DNA of 64,000 nt from a bacterium (GTDB lineage Bacteria; UBA8248): NCBI GenBank assembly GCA_965202625.1, contig CBDBBI010000010.1, positions 1,902,468-1,966,467 of the forward strand, written 5' to 3'. Under the pieces are notes generated by a model that saw nothing but the letters and a program-made list of their open reading frames with translations, was not told the DNA's origin and searched no databases. Position 1 is the first letter of the stretch. Each line of letters begins with the position of its first letter. Below are positions 1 through 8,586 of this stretch, piece after piece. The position numbers and the translations under genes were made by a program.

Positions 1-198
1 TTTGCCCCGCGCCGCCCAGTGGGCCGCGATGACGCACCCCGCTACCGTTTTTCCCACACCGGTTCCCGTTCCGGTCAAAAAAATGGCAGTATCAGACATC
101 GTGATTGGCTCCCTGCGTCGATCGCAACGTGAACGGGCATGGACGAGCGGACGGAGAGGCGGGCGCGTGAAACACGCCGGAAACCTTGAGGAGACCCC

Positions 199-453
199 AT
201 GAAAACAACGAGCGCAAAAACCATCGACCTCCTTGGCGAAATCTGCCCCATGACCTGGGTACGGACGAAGCTCGCCCTAGAGGCGATGGCTCCGGGGGAG
301 GTGCTTGAAGTATGGCTCGACTCAGACGATTCCGCCACCAGCGTCCCCAAAAGCGCGGCGGCCGAGGGCCACGTCATCCGGAGCGCGACGCCGGACTCCC
401 AGGGCGGCGTTCGGCTCGTCATAGAGAAAAGACGAGGACGATCGCACCCATAG
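199..453 (+). CDS. TusA-like (SirA/YedF/YeeD family) small sulfur-carrier-like protein
   Basis: 84 aa. Conserved N-terminal Cys in 'LLGEICPMTW' and the 'PGEVLEV...D' layout are typical of the TusA fold. The canonical CPxP is CPxT here. Confidence 0.55.
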   Translation: MKTTSAKTIDLLGEICPMTWVRTKLALEAMAPGEVLEVWLDSDDSATSVPKSAAAEGHVIRSATPDSQGGVRLVIEKRRGRSHP

Positions 454-599
454 CGATCAAGCAAGTCGCCATTTCGCCCCCGATTTTCCGGCTCAGGAAT
501 CCCCCGCCCAGGGGACGCAACCGCCCGTAGACCAAACCCCGCGATTCAAAGCGCATTCCGCCAAAAAGACTGCCAAATAGCGCGTCAAATAACGGCAAA

Positions 600-712
600 A
601 GAAAGATAATTTTTCTGAATAAAAATTGATAATATAATTATAATCATATATTTATGGATTAGAGAGCGTTGCGAAATTACGCGCCAAACAGTGCGCCAAA
701 AAAGGAGAAAAA
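600..712 (+). promoter_or_regulatory. AT-rich promoter region upstream of fic (TTGATA / TATAAT-like hexamers, RBS 'aaaggag' before the ATG at 713)
   Basis: Local GC drops sharply. 'ttgataatataattataat' contains sigma70-like hexamers. Spacing is not ideal, so the exact -35/-10 assignment is uncertain. Confidence 0.35.
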
Positions 713-1906
713 ATGGACTGGGAAAAGTTCAGTTTTGAATACAAATACAAAGGTTTGGGCCTCGAAAATACCATCGTCTCCATAGAGGCGTCCAAAGAAG
801 CCTGCATGCGTCTCGTTCTCCCTCCGGGTTGGAGAGAGAGGCTGAACAAATTGAACCGCGTTCGCGCCATTCATGGCACGACGGCCATAGAAGGAAATCC
901 CCTCTCGGAAGCCGAGGTCTCACGACAAATCGAGATTCAGGAGCAATCCGCCGAACATCCGGACTCGACAAAACCCAGCAGGGAGCAAGTCCAGATCAGA
1001 AACGCCGGCGCCGCACAAGCGTGGGTTCAAAAGAGGTTCAAGCCCGGCAGTCCTCCTTTCACTCTCGACGATATTTTCAGAATGCACAAAATGATCACCG
1101 AGAACGCGGACATGATGGACAATACGCCCGGAAACCTGAGGACGTTTCCCGTGAACGTGGGAAGTCCATCTCTCGGAGGCGTCCACAGGGGCGCGCCGCA
1201 CAAACGGCTGGCGGATATGATGCACAGATACGTTGCATTTTTGGGCTCCCCCAAAATGGCAGCGGAACACCCCGCCCTTCGGGCGCTACTCGCGCATTTT
1301 TTTCTGGTGACGATCCATCCGTTCGGCGATGGGAACGGCAGGACCTCCCGTCTCGTAGAGGCGGGCATATTGTTTCAGGAGGGCTACAACCTCCACGGAT
1401 TTTACGGGCTGTCCAATTATTTCTATCGCCATGAGAACGAATACAAAACGCTGCTTGAAAAGTGCAGGAAAAAACAGCCCTTTGACGTCACCGCGTTCAT
1501 CACGTTCGGATTGCGGGGATTCGCAGAAGAATTGAAGGGAATCAACAACTTCATCACGACCAAGCTGAGTCGAATCGTCTATCGAGACATGTTGGTTCGG
1601 GCGCGCGACAAAAAAATATCCAAAAGGAGACGTTTGATTAACGAGAGAGAATACAACCTTCTTGATTTTCTCATCCTGGAGACCGAACCTGAGGATCCAT
1701 TCTCCGAGCGGCCCTCAAGGATGATCAGCTTATTGGAACTGCTCAAACGTCCGCACGTTCGAGAAGCATACAAGAACGTAACCACGAGAACCCTCATAAG
1801 AGAGCTCGTCCGACTGGAGGAGTTTGGTTTTATCAAAATCTCCGAAGGCACGACAACCGACCAACACCTCATCGCGCTGGATTTTGACGCCATCGGGAAA
1901 CACTAA
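713..1906 (+). CDS. Fic/DOC family protein (class II Fic with N-terminal inhibitory motif, C-terminal wHTH)
   Basis: Fic active-site motif HPFxDGNGR is present as 'IHPFGDGNGRTSRL'. Upstream 'TTAIEGN' matches the [ST]xxxE[GN] inhibitory helix motif. An AT-rich promoter-like region sits at 590-710. Confidence 0.85.
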   Translation: MDWEKFSFEYKYKGLGLENTIVSIEASKEACMRLVLPPGWRERLNKLNRVRAIHGTTAIEGNPLSEAEVSRQIEIQEQSAEHPDSTKPSREQVQIRNAGAAQAWVQKRFKPGSPPFTLDDIFRMHKMITENADMMDNTPGNLRTFPVNVGSPSLGGVHRGAPHKRLADMMHRYVAFLGSPKMAAEHPALRALLAHFFLVTIHPFGDGNGRTSRLVEAGILFQEGYNLHGFYGLSNYFYRHENEYKTLLEKCRKKQPFDVTAFITFGLRGFAEELKGINNFITTKLSRIVYRDMLVRARDKKISKRRRLINEREYNLLDFLILETEPEDPFSERPSRMISLLELLKRPHVREAYKNVTTRTLIRELVRLEEFGFIKISEGTTTDQHLIALDFDAIGKH

Positions 1907-1955
1907 ATGGACTTTCTCCCTGATTCGGCGGGGCCTGGAAGGCGACACCTCACGA

Positions 1956-2438
1956 TCACGGCGTGGGTTCCTCCCTCAGCCAGCGCGCGAGGGCCTTCTC
2001 GGGGTCTGCGAGCTCCTCAATGGAGGTATAAAAGTGCGCCTCCCAGCCAAACTCCGGAAAACCGGTGAACAACATGAGGTTCAGCGGATAGCCATCGCAG
2101 TCCGTGCAGCGGCGAAAATCATCCCGAAACAAGAACACCGGCTTCTCCCAGGCGATGGCCATGCCGAGCTCCACCATCACGCCCTCATCCGGCGGGCAGC
2201 CGTTGACCACCCCGAAGAAGCCGGCGGCGGCGCGCACGTCCCGCACGTCGTCCTGTCCCACGCGGTACGCCCAGCCCGGGCGCGCGAGCCGCTCGGGCTC
2301 GTTGTTGCGGGAGAACGGCTCCCACACCTCGGCCCCGGCCGCCTCAAGCCTCTCCACCAGCGCTTTGAGTGGCCCCTCTCGCTGCTGGGAGGAGAAACCA
2401 TAGGGATTCGCCAGGTAAAGGGTTTTGCCAGAGACCAT
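1956..2438 (-). CDS. nucleoside 2-deoxyribosyltransferase-like protein
   Basis: 160 aa. Shows the Rcl/NDT-like pattern 'YLANPYGF...' and a conserved acidic 'PDEGVMVELG' segment. Confidence 0.5.
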   Translation of the reverse strand: MVSGKTLYLANPYGFSSQQREGPLKALVERLEAAGAEVWEPFSRNNEPERLARPGWAYRVGQDDVRDVRAAAGFFGVVNGCPPDEGVMVELGMAIAWEKPVFLFRDDFRRCTDCDGYPLNLMLFTGFPEFGWEAHFYTSIEELADPEKALARWLREEPTP

Positions 2439-2603
2439 GCGCGCTTCACTCTCCTCTCTTTATCAGACGCGCGTCCCGCTCACCACCAGCACCGGAAGAC
2501 GCGCCATGCTCCCACACGAGACAGCGCGCCGTCCAGCGACGCAGTCGCGCGGTCGACTCCGCCATTGCACATATCGCCCACGCGCCCAGGGGATCATCGC
2601 CGA

Positions 2604-3719
2604 TCATCGCGCGTTCTCGCCAAAAGCGGCGAAGGCCAGCCCCGCGCCCAGGGCCATGGCGGCGCCGACGTGGAGCAGATTCACGAACCCCCAAATCGGA
2701 AGGAGCCAGCCCGCCATGAACGCGCCGAAGGTGGCGCCGACCCCCCAGGTAGCGGCGCTGTAGAGGGACTGCGCGGTGTTCTTCGTCGCCGCGCCGCTCA
2801 GGCGGTCAACGTATTGAATCGCACCTGCGTGAAAGACGCCGAAGGCGACGCCGTGCAGAAGCTGGATGAGGATGAGCAGGCTCGCGTCCGTCGTGAGCGC
2901 GACGAGCTCCCACCTCAAGCCCGCGGCGATCATACCCGCCACGATCATGAATTTAAGGCCGAACCATCTCTGTATCGTACCTGCGAAAACGAGAAACACT
3001 ATTTCGCTCGCCACTCCCGCCGTCCACGCCAGCGCGATGATGTCCGCCGACATGCCGAGTTGCTTGAGCCGGATGCTGAAATACACCCCGAAAGGTCCCG
3101 CCGACATCGCAGCGACGGTCGTGGCGGCGAGGAACACGGCGAGCGGCCTCTGACGAAGCAAAAGCCGCAGATCGGCCCGAAACATGGGACGCGAAGCGCC
3201 CGTCTCCCTCGGCAGGCGAAAAATAACAAAAACGAGCAGAAAGCCTGCGACCGCCACTGCCGGAAATATAGCGGCGACACCGGCCCCCTCCACTAGGCGT
3301 CCCGCGATCGTGGCCGCCGCGATGAAACCCAAGGACCCCCAAAGGCGCACCCGGCCGTATTGCGCGCCCGTGGCCTCGATCTCCCTCAGACAAAGGTTCT
3401 CGGCTATCGGCACGAGGGGCGCCTTGAGGGCGGAGAAAAGCGTGATGAGAAAAAACAGGGGCAAAAAACCGCGCGCCCCCCACAAGAACAGCGCGAGGGC
3501 GGCGCTCAGGACCGCGCATCCGAGTACCATGCTCCGGCCGAGGCGAAACCTGTCGGAGAGCGCGCCCGCCAAAGGGGGGGCGAGCGCGTTCGAGAGGCGC
3601 GGTGCGGCGTTCAGCAGACCGAGCTGAAGCCCGCTCATTCCGACGGAATGATAGAAGACGTTCAAAAACGGGAGCAGGACGCCCACGCTGAAAAAATGCA
3701 GGAAATAAAATGCGGGCAT
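2604..3719 (-). CDS. MFS transporter
   Basis: Multi-TM hydrophobic protein with MFS-like loop motifs ('GALSDRFRLGR'). The start is probably the internal Met 'MPAFYF' rather than the ORF-track start. Confidence 0.7.
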   Translation of the reverse strand: MPAFYFLHFFSVGVLLPFLNVFYHSVGMSGLQLGLLNAAPRLSNALAPPLAGALSDRFRLGRSMVLGCAVLSAALALFLWGARGFLPLFFLITLFSALKAPLVPIAENLCLREIEATGAQYGRVRLWGSLGFIAAATIAGRLVEGAGVAAIFPAVAVAGFLLVFVIFRLPRETGASRPMFRADLRLLLRQRPLAVFLAATTVAAMSAGPFGVYFSIRLKQLGMSADIIALAWTAGVASEIVFLVFAGTIQRWFGLKFMIVAGMIAAGLRWELVALTTDASLLILIQLLHGVAFGVFHAGAIQYVDRLSGAATKNTAQSLYSAATWGVGATFGAFMAGWLLPIWGFVNLLHVGAAMALGAGLAFAAFGENAR

Positions 3720-4073
3720 TTGCCAGAGTGGCGCGGGGCCAGGGGAATGGACGCGCGCGCGCCCGCAAAGAGGGAGCATCTCTCGGCAACCTTATCACCC
3801 GGGCGGGAAAATTCATTCGACCACGATCGGAGAATGATTTCCAGCCGCGCGGCGGCTTCCTTCGTGCACGTGGTTTTGCTATGCTCCCCTCCCCAATGAA
3901 TTCTCGGGTTCTTCGCGCCGCGCAAGGCGAAGCCCTTGAACGCAAGGGAAAGCGCCGGGGGCCTAAAAACCGCGACGGCTAAACGGAAGCGACAAAAATG
4001 GGAACCCTCTATGAGTGGAGGGGTGACCCTTTGCATTTTCCACCCAATCGGAACCCATTGCGGGAGCGAAACG

Positions 4074-5099
4074 ATGAGCACGAACGATCTGGCGAAAACT
4101 GCCCAGCGAATGGTCGCGCCGGGCAAAGGCATTCTGGCGGCGGACGAGAGCGCGGGCACGATTCAAAAGCGCCTCGACGGCATCGGCGTCGAATCGACCG
4201 AGGAGAACCGGCGCGCCTATCGCGAACTTCTCTTTACCACGGAGGGAATGGAGGAATACATCAGCGGCGTCATCCTGTTCGACGAGACGCTGCGCCAGAG
4301 CGCGTCGAACGGAACGAACTTCGGCGAAATGCTCACCGGGCGCGGCATCCTCCCCGGCATCAAGGTCGACAAGGGCGCCAAGGACCTGGCTTTCGCCCCA
4401 GGGGAGAAAGTCACCGAAGGGCTGGACGGCCTGCGCGAGCGCCTAGCCGAATACGCCTCTCTGGGCGCGACCTTCACGAAATGGCGCGCCGTCATCGCCA
4501 TCGGCGAGGGAATCCCCTCCGCCTACTGCATCAAGGCCAACGCGCACGCCCTCGCGCGCTTCGCCGCCCTCTCGCAGGAGGCGGGCCTCGTGCCCATTGT
4601 CGAGCCCGAGGTGCTCATGGACGCCGACAACACCATTGAAGTCTGCGAGGAAGCGACGAACGACGCGCTCAAGAGCGTGTTTCACGCCCTATACGGGCAG
4701 CGCGTCTCGCTGGAGGGCATGATCCTCAAGCCCAACATGGTGATATCGGGCAAAAAATGCGCCGTTCAGGCGGGCGTGTCGGAGGTGGCGGAAGCCACGG
4801 TCCGCACTCTGTCGAGAAACGTGCCCGCCGCCGTGCCCGGAATATGCTTCCTCTCGGGCGGGCAGAGCGACGCCCTCGCCACCGCCCACCTGAACGCGAT
4901 GAACGCGATGGGTCCCCACCCCTGGGAGCTGAGCTTCTCCTACGGCCGCGCGCTCCAGGCACCCGCCCTCAAAGGCTGGGGCGGGGAGGCGGCGAACGTC
5001 CCCCTCGCCCAAAAACTTTTCCACCATCGCTGCAAGTGCAACGGCGCGGCGCGCTCCGGTGCCTACGAGGGCGCGATGGAGGAGGAGGTCGCCGCCTAG
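4074..5099 (+). CDS. fba: fructose-bisphosphate aldolase, class I
   Basis: N-terminus 'MSTNDLAKTAQRMVAPGKGILAADESAGTIQKRL' is the class I FBA signature. ATG at 4074-4076 verified in the sequence. Confidence 0.9.
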   Translation: MSTNDLAKTAQRMVAPGKGILAADESAGTIQKRLDGIGVESTEENRRAYRELLFTTEGMEEYISGVILFDETLRQSASNGTNFGEMLTGRGILPGIKVDKGAKDLAFAPGEKVTEGLDGLRERLAEYASLGATFTKWRAVIAIGEGIPSAYCIKANAHALARFAALSQEAGLVPIVEPEVLMDADNTIEVCEEATNDALKSVFHALYGQRVSLEGMILKPNMVISGKKCAVQAGVSEVAEATVRTLSRNVPAAVPGICFLSGGQSDALATAHLNAMNAMGPHPWELSFSYGRALQAPALKGWGGEAANVPLAQKLFHHRCKCNGAARSGAYEGAMEEEVAA

Positions 5100-5165
5100 A
5101 CGGGCGGGTGAGAGGGAGGAGAGAAGATGCGCAAGGACGCCGCCGGCGATCAGAATTTGAGGGGA

Positions 5166-6161
5166 ATGACGCTCGAGCGTCACATTCGTGAGGAGGAGCG
5201 AAACTACCCGGGTGCGCGGGGACTCTTCACCCGCCTCGTCACGCAAATCACCCTCGCCGCCAAGATCATCAACGCCGAGGTCAACAAGGCGGGACTGGTG
5301 GACATTCTGGGGCTGACCGGTCAGATCAACACGCAGGGGGAGGAGGTTCAAAAACTCGACGAATACGCCAACGAAGTGATACGAAGGGCACTCGACCATA
5401 CCGGCTCCGTGGCCGCCCTGGCGAGCGAGGAGATGGCGGACGTCTACGTCGTCCCCGGCGAACACGTGGAGGGGGGCGAATACGTGGTACTCTATGATCC
5501 GCTGGACGGATCCTCGAACATCGACGTGAACGTGAGCATCGGAACGATATTCTCCATTCTGCATCGCACGAGCCGGGGCAAGGCACCGAAACTCGACGAC
5601 TTCCTCCAGCCGGGCCTCTCCCAGATTTGCGCGGGCTACGTCATCTACGGATCGTCCACCATGCTGGTATACACCACCGGCAACGGCGTGGACGGTTTCA
5701 CCCTCGACCCCTCGGTGGGCGAGTTCTTTCTCTCCCATTCCGGCATCCGGATTCCCGAGCGGGGGAGCATCTACAGCATCAACGAGGGCAACTTCTCAAA
5801 ATGGGAAGATTCCGTAGCACGCTACGTCGCACACTTAAAAACGGAGGACGCCGAATCAGGCCGGCCCTACTCGGGGCGCTACATCGGCTCGCTGGTGGCC
5901 GACTTCCACAGGAACCTCCTCAAGGGCGGCGTATTCCTCTACCCGGGCGACAGGAAAAACCCCAACGGCAAACTGCGCCTCCTCTATGAGTGCAATCCCA
6001 TGTCCTTCATCGCCGAGCAGGCCGGCGGCGCGGCGAGCGACGGCCGCCGGAGGGTGATGGAAATCTGCCCCGAAAAGCTTCATCAGCGCGTTCCTTTCAT
6101 CGTCGGAAGCAAGCGCGACGTCGCCGACGCCGCCCGCTTCCTCTCCAGGGGGGAAAATTAA
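5166..6161 (+). CDS. fbp: fructose-1,6-bisphosphatase class 1
   Basis: Strong class I FBPase similarity throughout ('LVDILGLTGQINTQGEEVQKLDEYAN', 'YDPLDGSSNIDVNVSIGTIFSI'). Start chosen at 'MTLERH'. Confidence 0.9.
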   Translation: MTLERHIREEERNYPGARGLFTRLVTQITLAAKIINAEVNKAGLVDILGLTGQINTQGEEVQKLDEYANEVIRRALDHTGSVAALASEEMADVYVVPGEHVEGGEYVVLYDPLDGSSNIDVNVSIGTIFSILHRTSRGKAPKLDDFLQPGLSQICAGYVIYGSSTMLVYTTGNGVDGFTLDPSVGEFFLSHSGIRIPERGSIYSINEGNFSKWEDSVARYVAHLKTEDAESGRPYSGRYIGSLVADFHRNLLKGGVFLYPGDRKNPNGKLRLLYECNPMSFIAEQAGGAASDGRRRVMEICPEKLHQRVPFIVGSKRDVADAARFLSRGEN

Positions 6162-7061
6162 ATGCAGACCTATCGCCTCGCTTTCCTACTCCTCACCGCC
6201 TCTCTGCTCGCCGGCTGCGTAGGCATCGAAGCTTACGAGCGCAAGGCGGACGAGGCCGCCTCCCTCAGACGAGAAATTGACGCCGGCCAACGCGAGATTC
6301 AGACGCTTCGCCAAGAAACGGAAAGACTCCAAACGCAGATCGAGCAGAAGGACGTGGAAAACCAGGAACTCGCCCAGTCTCTCACCATGTCCAGGCGCCA
6401 CAACCAGCAAATAGAGACGCGCGTGGCGGACCTCCGCGCGCGCGAGTCCGACCAGCGCAGCCAGAAGGAGGAGAGCGCCACGAAAGCCATGCGCCTTCAG
6501 CGCTCCTACGAGACGACTCGCGCGGAGGTGCAAAAGCTGAAGAAAGAGAGGGTCAACCTGAGAGCGAAGCTTGCGCGCTTTGAGGACAAGATTCGCTTTC
6601 AGGCGGAGATGGAAAAGGACATAAAGGCCCAGCTGTTAAGAGAGCGCCAGCAGGGAATCATGCGCGTGCGCCGCTCCGGCGATCGGGTGGTGATCAGCAT
6701 CGAGAGCCTCATCCTCTTCAAATCCGGCAGCGCCAAAATCCGCACCGACGGCAAGGCGCTGCTCATCAAGCTCTCCAGACTCTTGCGCCGCTACGCCAAC
6801 CGCGAGGTGCAGGTGCAGGGACACACCGACAACCTGCAGATATCCGATCGGCTGGCGGAGCGATGGGAGACGAACTGGGAGCTTTCCGCCGCGCGCGCCA
6901 CGCGCGTGCTGCGCTACTTCGTCGAGGAGGGAAACCTCGACCCGCGCCGGGCGTCGGCGGCCGGCATGGGCGAGTTCCGTCCCATCACCTCGAACGACAC
7001 GCGGGGAGGACGCCGGAGGAACCGCCGACTCGAAATCCTCATGTTCCCTCCGGATTCCTAA
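6162..7061 (+). CDS. OmpA/MotB-domain lipoprotein with long coiled-coil N-terminal region
   Basis: Lipobox 'LLAGCVG'. Heptad-rich Q/E/R segment. C-terminal OmpA_C-like 'VQVQGHTDN...NWELSAARATRV'. Its ATG overlaps the fbp stop ('ttaaatgcag'). Confidence 0.75.
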   Translation: MQTYRLAFLLLTASLLAGCVGIEAYERKADEAASLRREIDAGQREIQTLRQETERLQTQIEQKDVENQELAQSLTMSRRHNQQIETRVADLRARESDQRSQKEESATKAMRLQRSYETTRAEVQKLKKERVNLRAKLARFEDKIRFQAEMEKDIKAQLLRERQQGIMRVRRSGDRVVISIESLILFKSGSAKIRTDGKALLIKLSRLLRRYANREVQVQGHTDNLQISDRLAERWETNWELSAARATRVLRYFVEEGNLDPRRASAAGMGEFRPITSNDTRGGRRRNRRLEILMFPPDS

Positions 7062-7100
7062 GCGAAGCCGCTCCTTCGCCCCCCAGGAAAGGACGCTTCC

Positions 7101-7763
7101 TTGATCGTCGAGCGAATACCCGTCGGCCCCTTTCAGATGAACAGCTATCTCCTGGGCTGCGAGGAGACGGGGGAGGGCGCCTACGTTGATCCCGGCGCCG
7201 AGGTGGAGCGCGTCATCGCGCGCGCGGGGGAGCGCGGCCTCACCCTCGTCAAGATCATCGGCACCCACGCACACCTCGATCATGCCGAGGGCGTCGCCGA
7301 GGCGAAGGAGAGGCTCGGGGCGCCCTACTGGCTCCACGAGGCGGAACTCCACAACTTGCGCAACATGCCGAACGCGGCGCGCGCCTACGGCTTTCCCGTC
7401 CCGAGAGTTCCCGAGGTGGACGCGCACCTCGTCGCCGGCGAGACGATCTCGGTGGGAAACCTCGAATTCGAGATCAGGCTCGTGGACGGGCACGCCCCCG
7501 GCAACGTCGCGCTCTACCGGCCCGGACGGGGGAACGCGCCGGGCCACGTCATCGTCGGCGACGCCCTGTTCGCCGGCTCGGTCGGACGAACCGACCTCTA
7601 CAAGGGCGACGCCGGCGTCCTGCTGAGCGGCGTCCGCGCGCAGCTGCTCACGCTTCCGCCCGAGACGGTCGTCCACCCGGGCCATGGTCCGGAAACCACG
7701 ATCGGACATGAGAAAGCCACCAACCCCTTTTGCCAGCCCGGAGCGGAAGGGCTTCCGGCTTGA
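7101..7763 (+). CDS. MBL-fold metallo-hydrolase (hydroxyacylglutathione hydrolase-like)
   Basis: Contains the 'HAHLDHAEG' metallo-beta-lactamase His motif. Confidence 0.8.
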   Translation: MIVERIPVGPFQMNSYLLGCEETGEGAYVDPGAEVERVIARAGERGLTLVKIIGTHAHLDHAEGVAEAKERLGAPYWLHEAELHNLRNMPNAARAYGFPVPRVPEVDAHLVAGETISVGNLEFEIRLVDGHAPGNVALYRPGRGNAPGHVIVGDALFAGSVGRTDLYKGDAGVLLSGVRAQLLTLPPETVVHPGHGPETTIGHEKATNPFCQPGAEGLPA

Positions 7764-8311
7764 GCGCGGACGCCCCGAATGCCCATCCCCATCTGGGGGG
7801 AGCGGTCAGGTTCTGCGTCGTCTGCGGGAGTCCGCTCACCCTCCGCCGTTGGACGGAGGGGGACGGCGCCATGCAGCTGTGCTGCAGCGGCGTCAAGTGC
7901 GCCCACGTTCACTTTCTCGATCCGAAGGTGGCGGCGGGCGTCATCGCCACCATTCAGGGAGGCGCGGTGCTCGTGCGGCGCGCCCACAACCCCGGCAAGG
8001 GGCTCTGGACGTTTCCGGGCGGCTTCGTGAACAGGGGAGAGGTCGTCCCCGCCGCCGCCGCGCGCGAGGCGCGCGAGGAGGCGGGCGTCAAGGTGGCGGT
8101 GGACGCTCTGCTGGGAGTCTATTCGTTCAAGGAAAACCCCACCGTGCTCATCGTCTATACGGGAGCGGTGACGGCCGGTGCGCCGCGCCCCCTGGCGGAG
8201 ACCACAGAGGTCAAGATCGTCTCGCCTGAGGAAATCGACTTTGCGGAGCTCGCGTTCGACGCCACCCGCGCCGCCATGCGCGACTGGCGGGAGCGCGTGC
8301 GGGGCGGATGA
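7730..8311 (+). CDS. NUDIX hydrolase with N-terminal zinc-ribbon
   Basis: NUDIX box 'GGFVNRGEVVPAAAAREAREEAGV'. N-terminal CxxC...C..C. The 5' boundary is uncertain because it overlaps the preceding gene. Confidence 0.75.
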   Translation: MPARSGRASGLSADAPNAHPHLGGAVRFCVVCGSPLTLRRWTEGDGAMQLCCSGVKCAHVHFLDPKVAAGVIATIQGGAVLVRRAHNPGKGLWTFPGGFVNRGEVVPAAAAREAREEAGVKVAVDALLGVYSFKENPTVLIVYTGAVTAGAPRPLAETTEVKIVSPEEIDFAELAFDATRAAMRDWRERVRGG

Positions 8312-8586
8312 ACGCCAAGAGCGGCACGCCCGGAATCGACGCAGCTCCTCGAAGGAGGGAAAGCCGCGCGTCCGCGCGCCATATTTGCGGAAACGGGCGC
8401 GAGGCGCAGCGGGACAGCGATATCGTATGTTGGGGCGAAGCCGGCGAACCAACCGTCTATTTTCAACGTAAAACGGCTCAAAAATGGATTCTACGCATAG
8501 ATGCTCTCCGCCGTTCACGCGGAGATTTTCAGGGTGAATGATTTCGTGCGGCGGTTCTACGGGTAAGGTCCCGCGCCCGCCCGGGG

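Noticed and set aside
1824-3296. 490-aa + strand ORF spanning the nucleoside deoxyribosyltransferase-like and MFS genes
   Set aside because: It is antisense to two minus-strand genes with clear family signatures. Its product is Arg/Pro/His-rich with no domain.
4689-5738. 349-aa minus-strand ORF overlapping the fba-fbp junction
   Set aside because: Antisense to two strongly supported glycolytic/gluconeogenic genes. No motifs.
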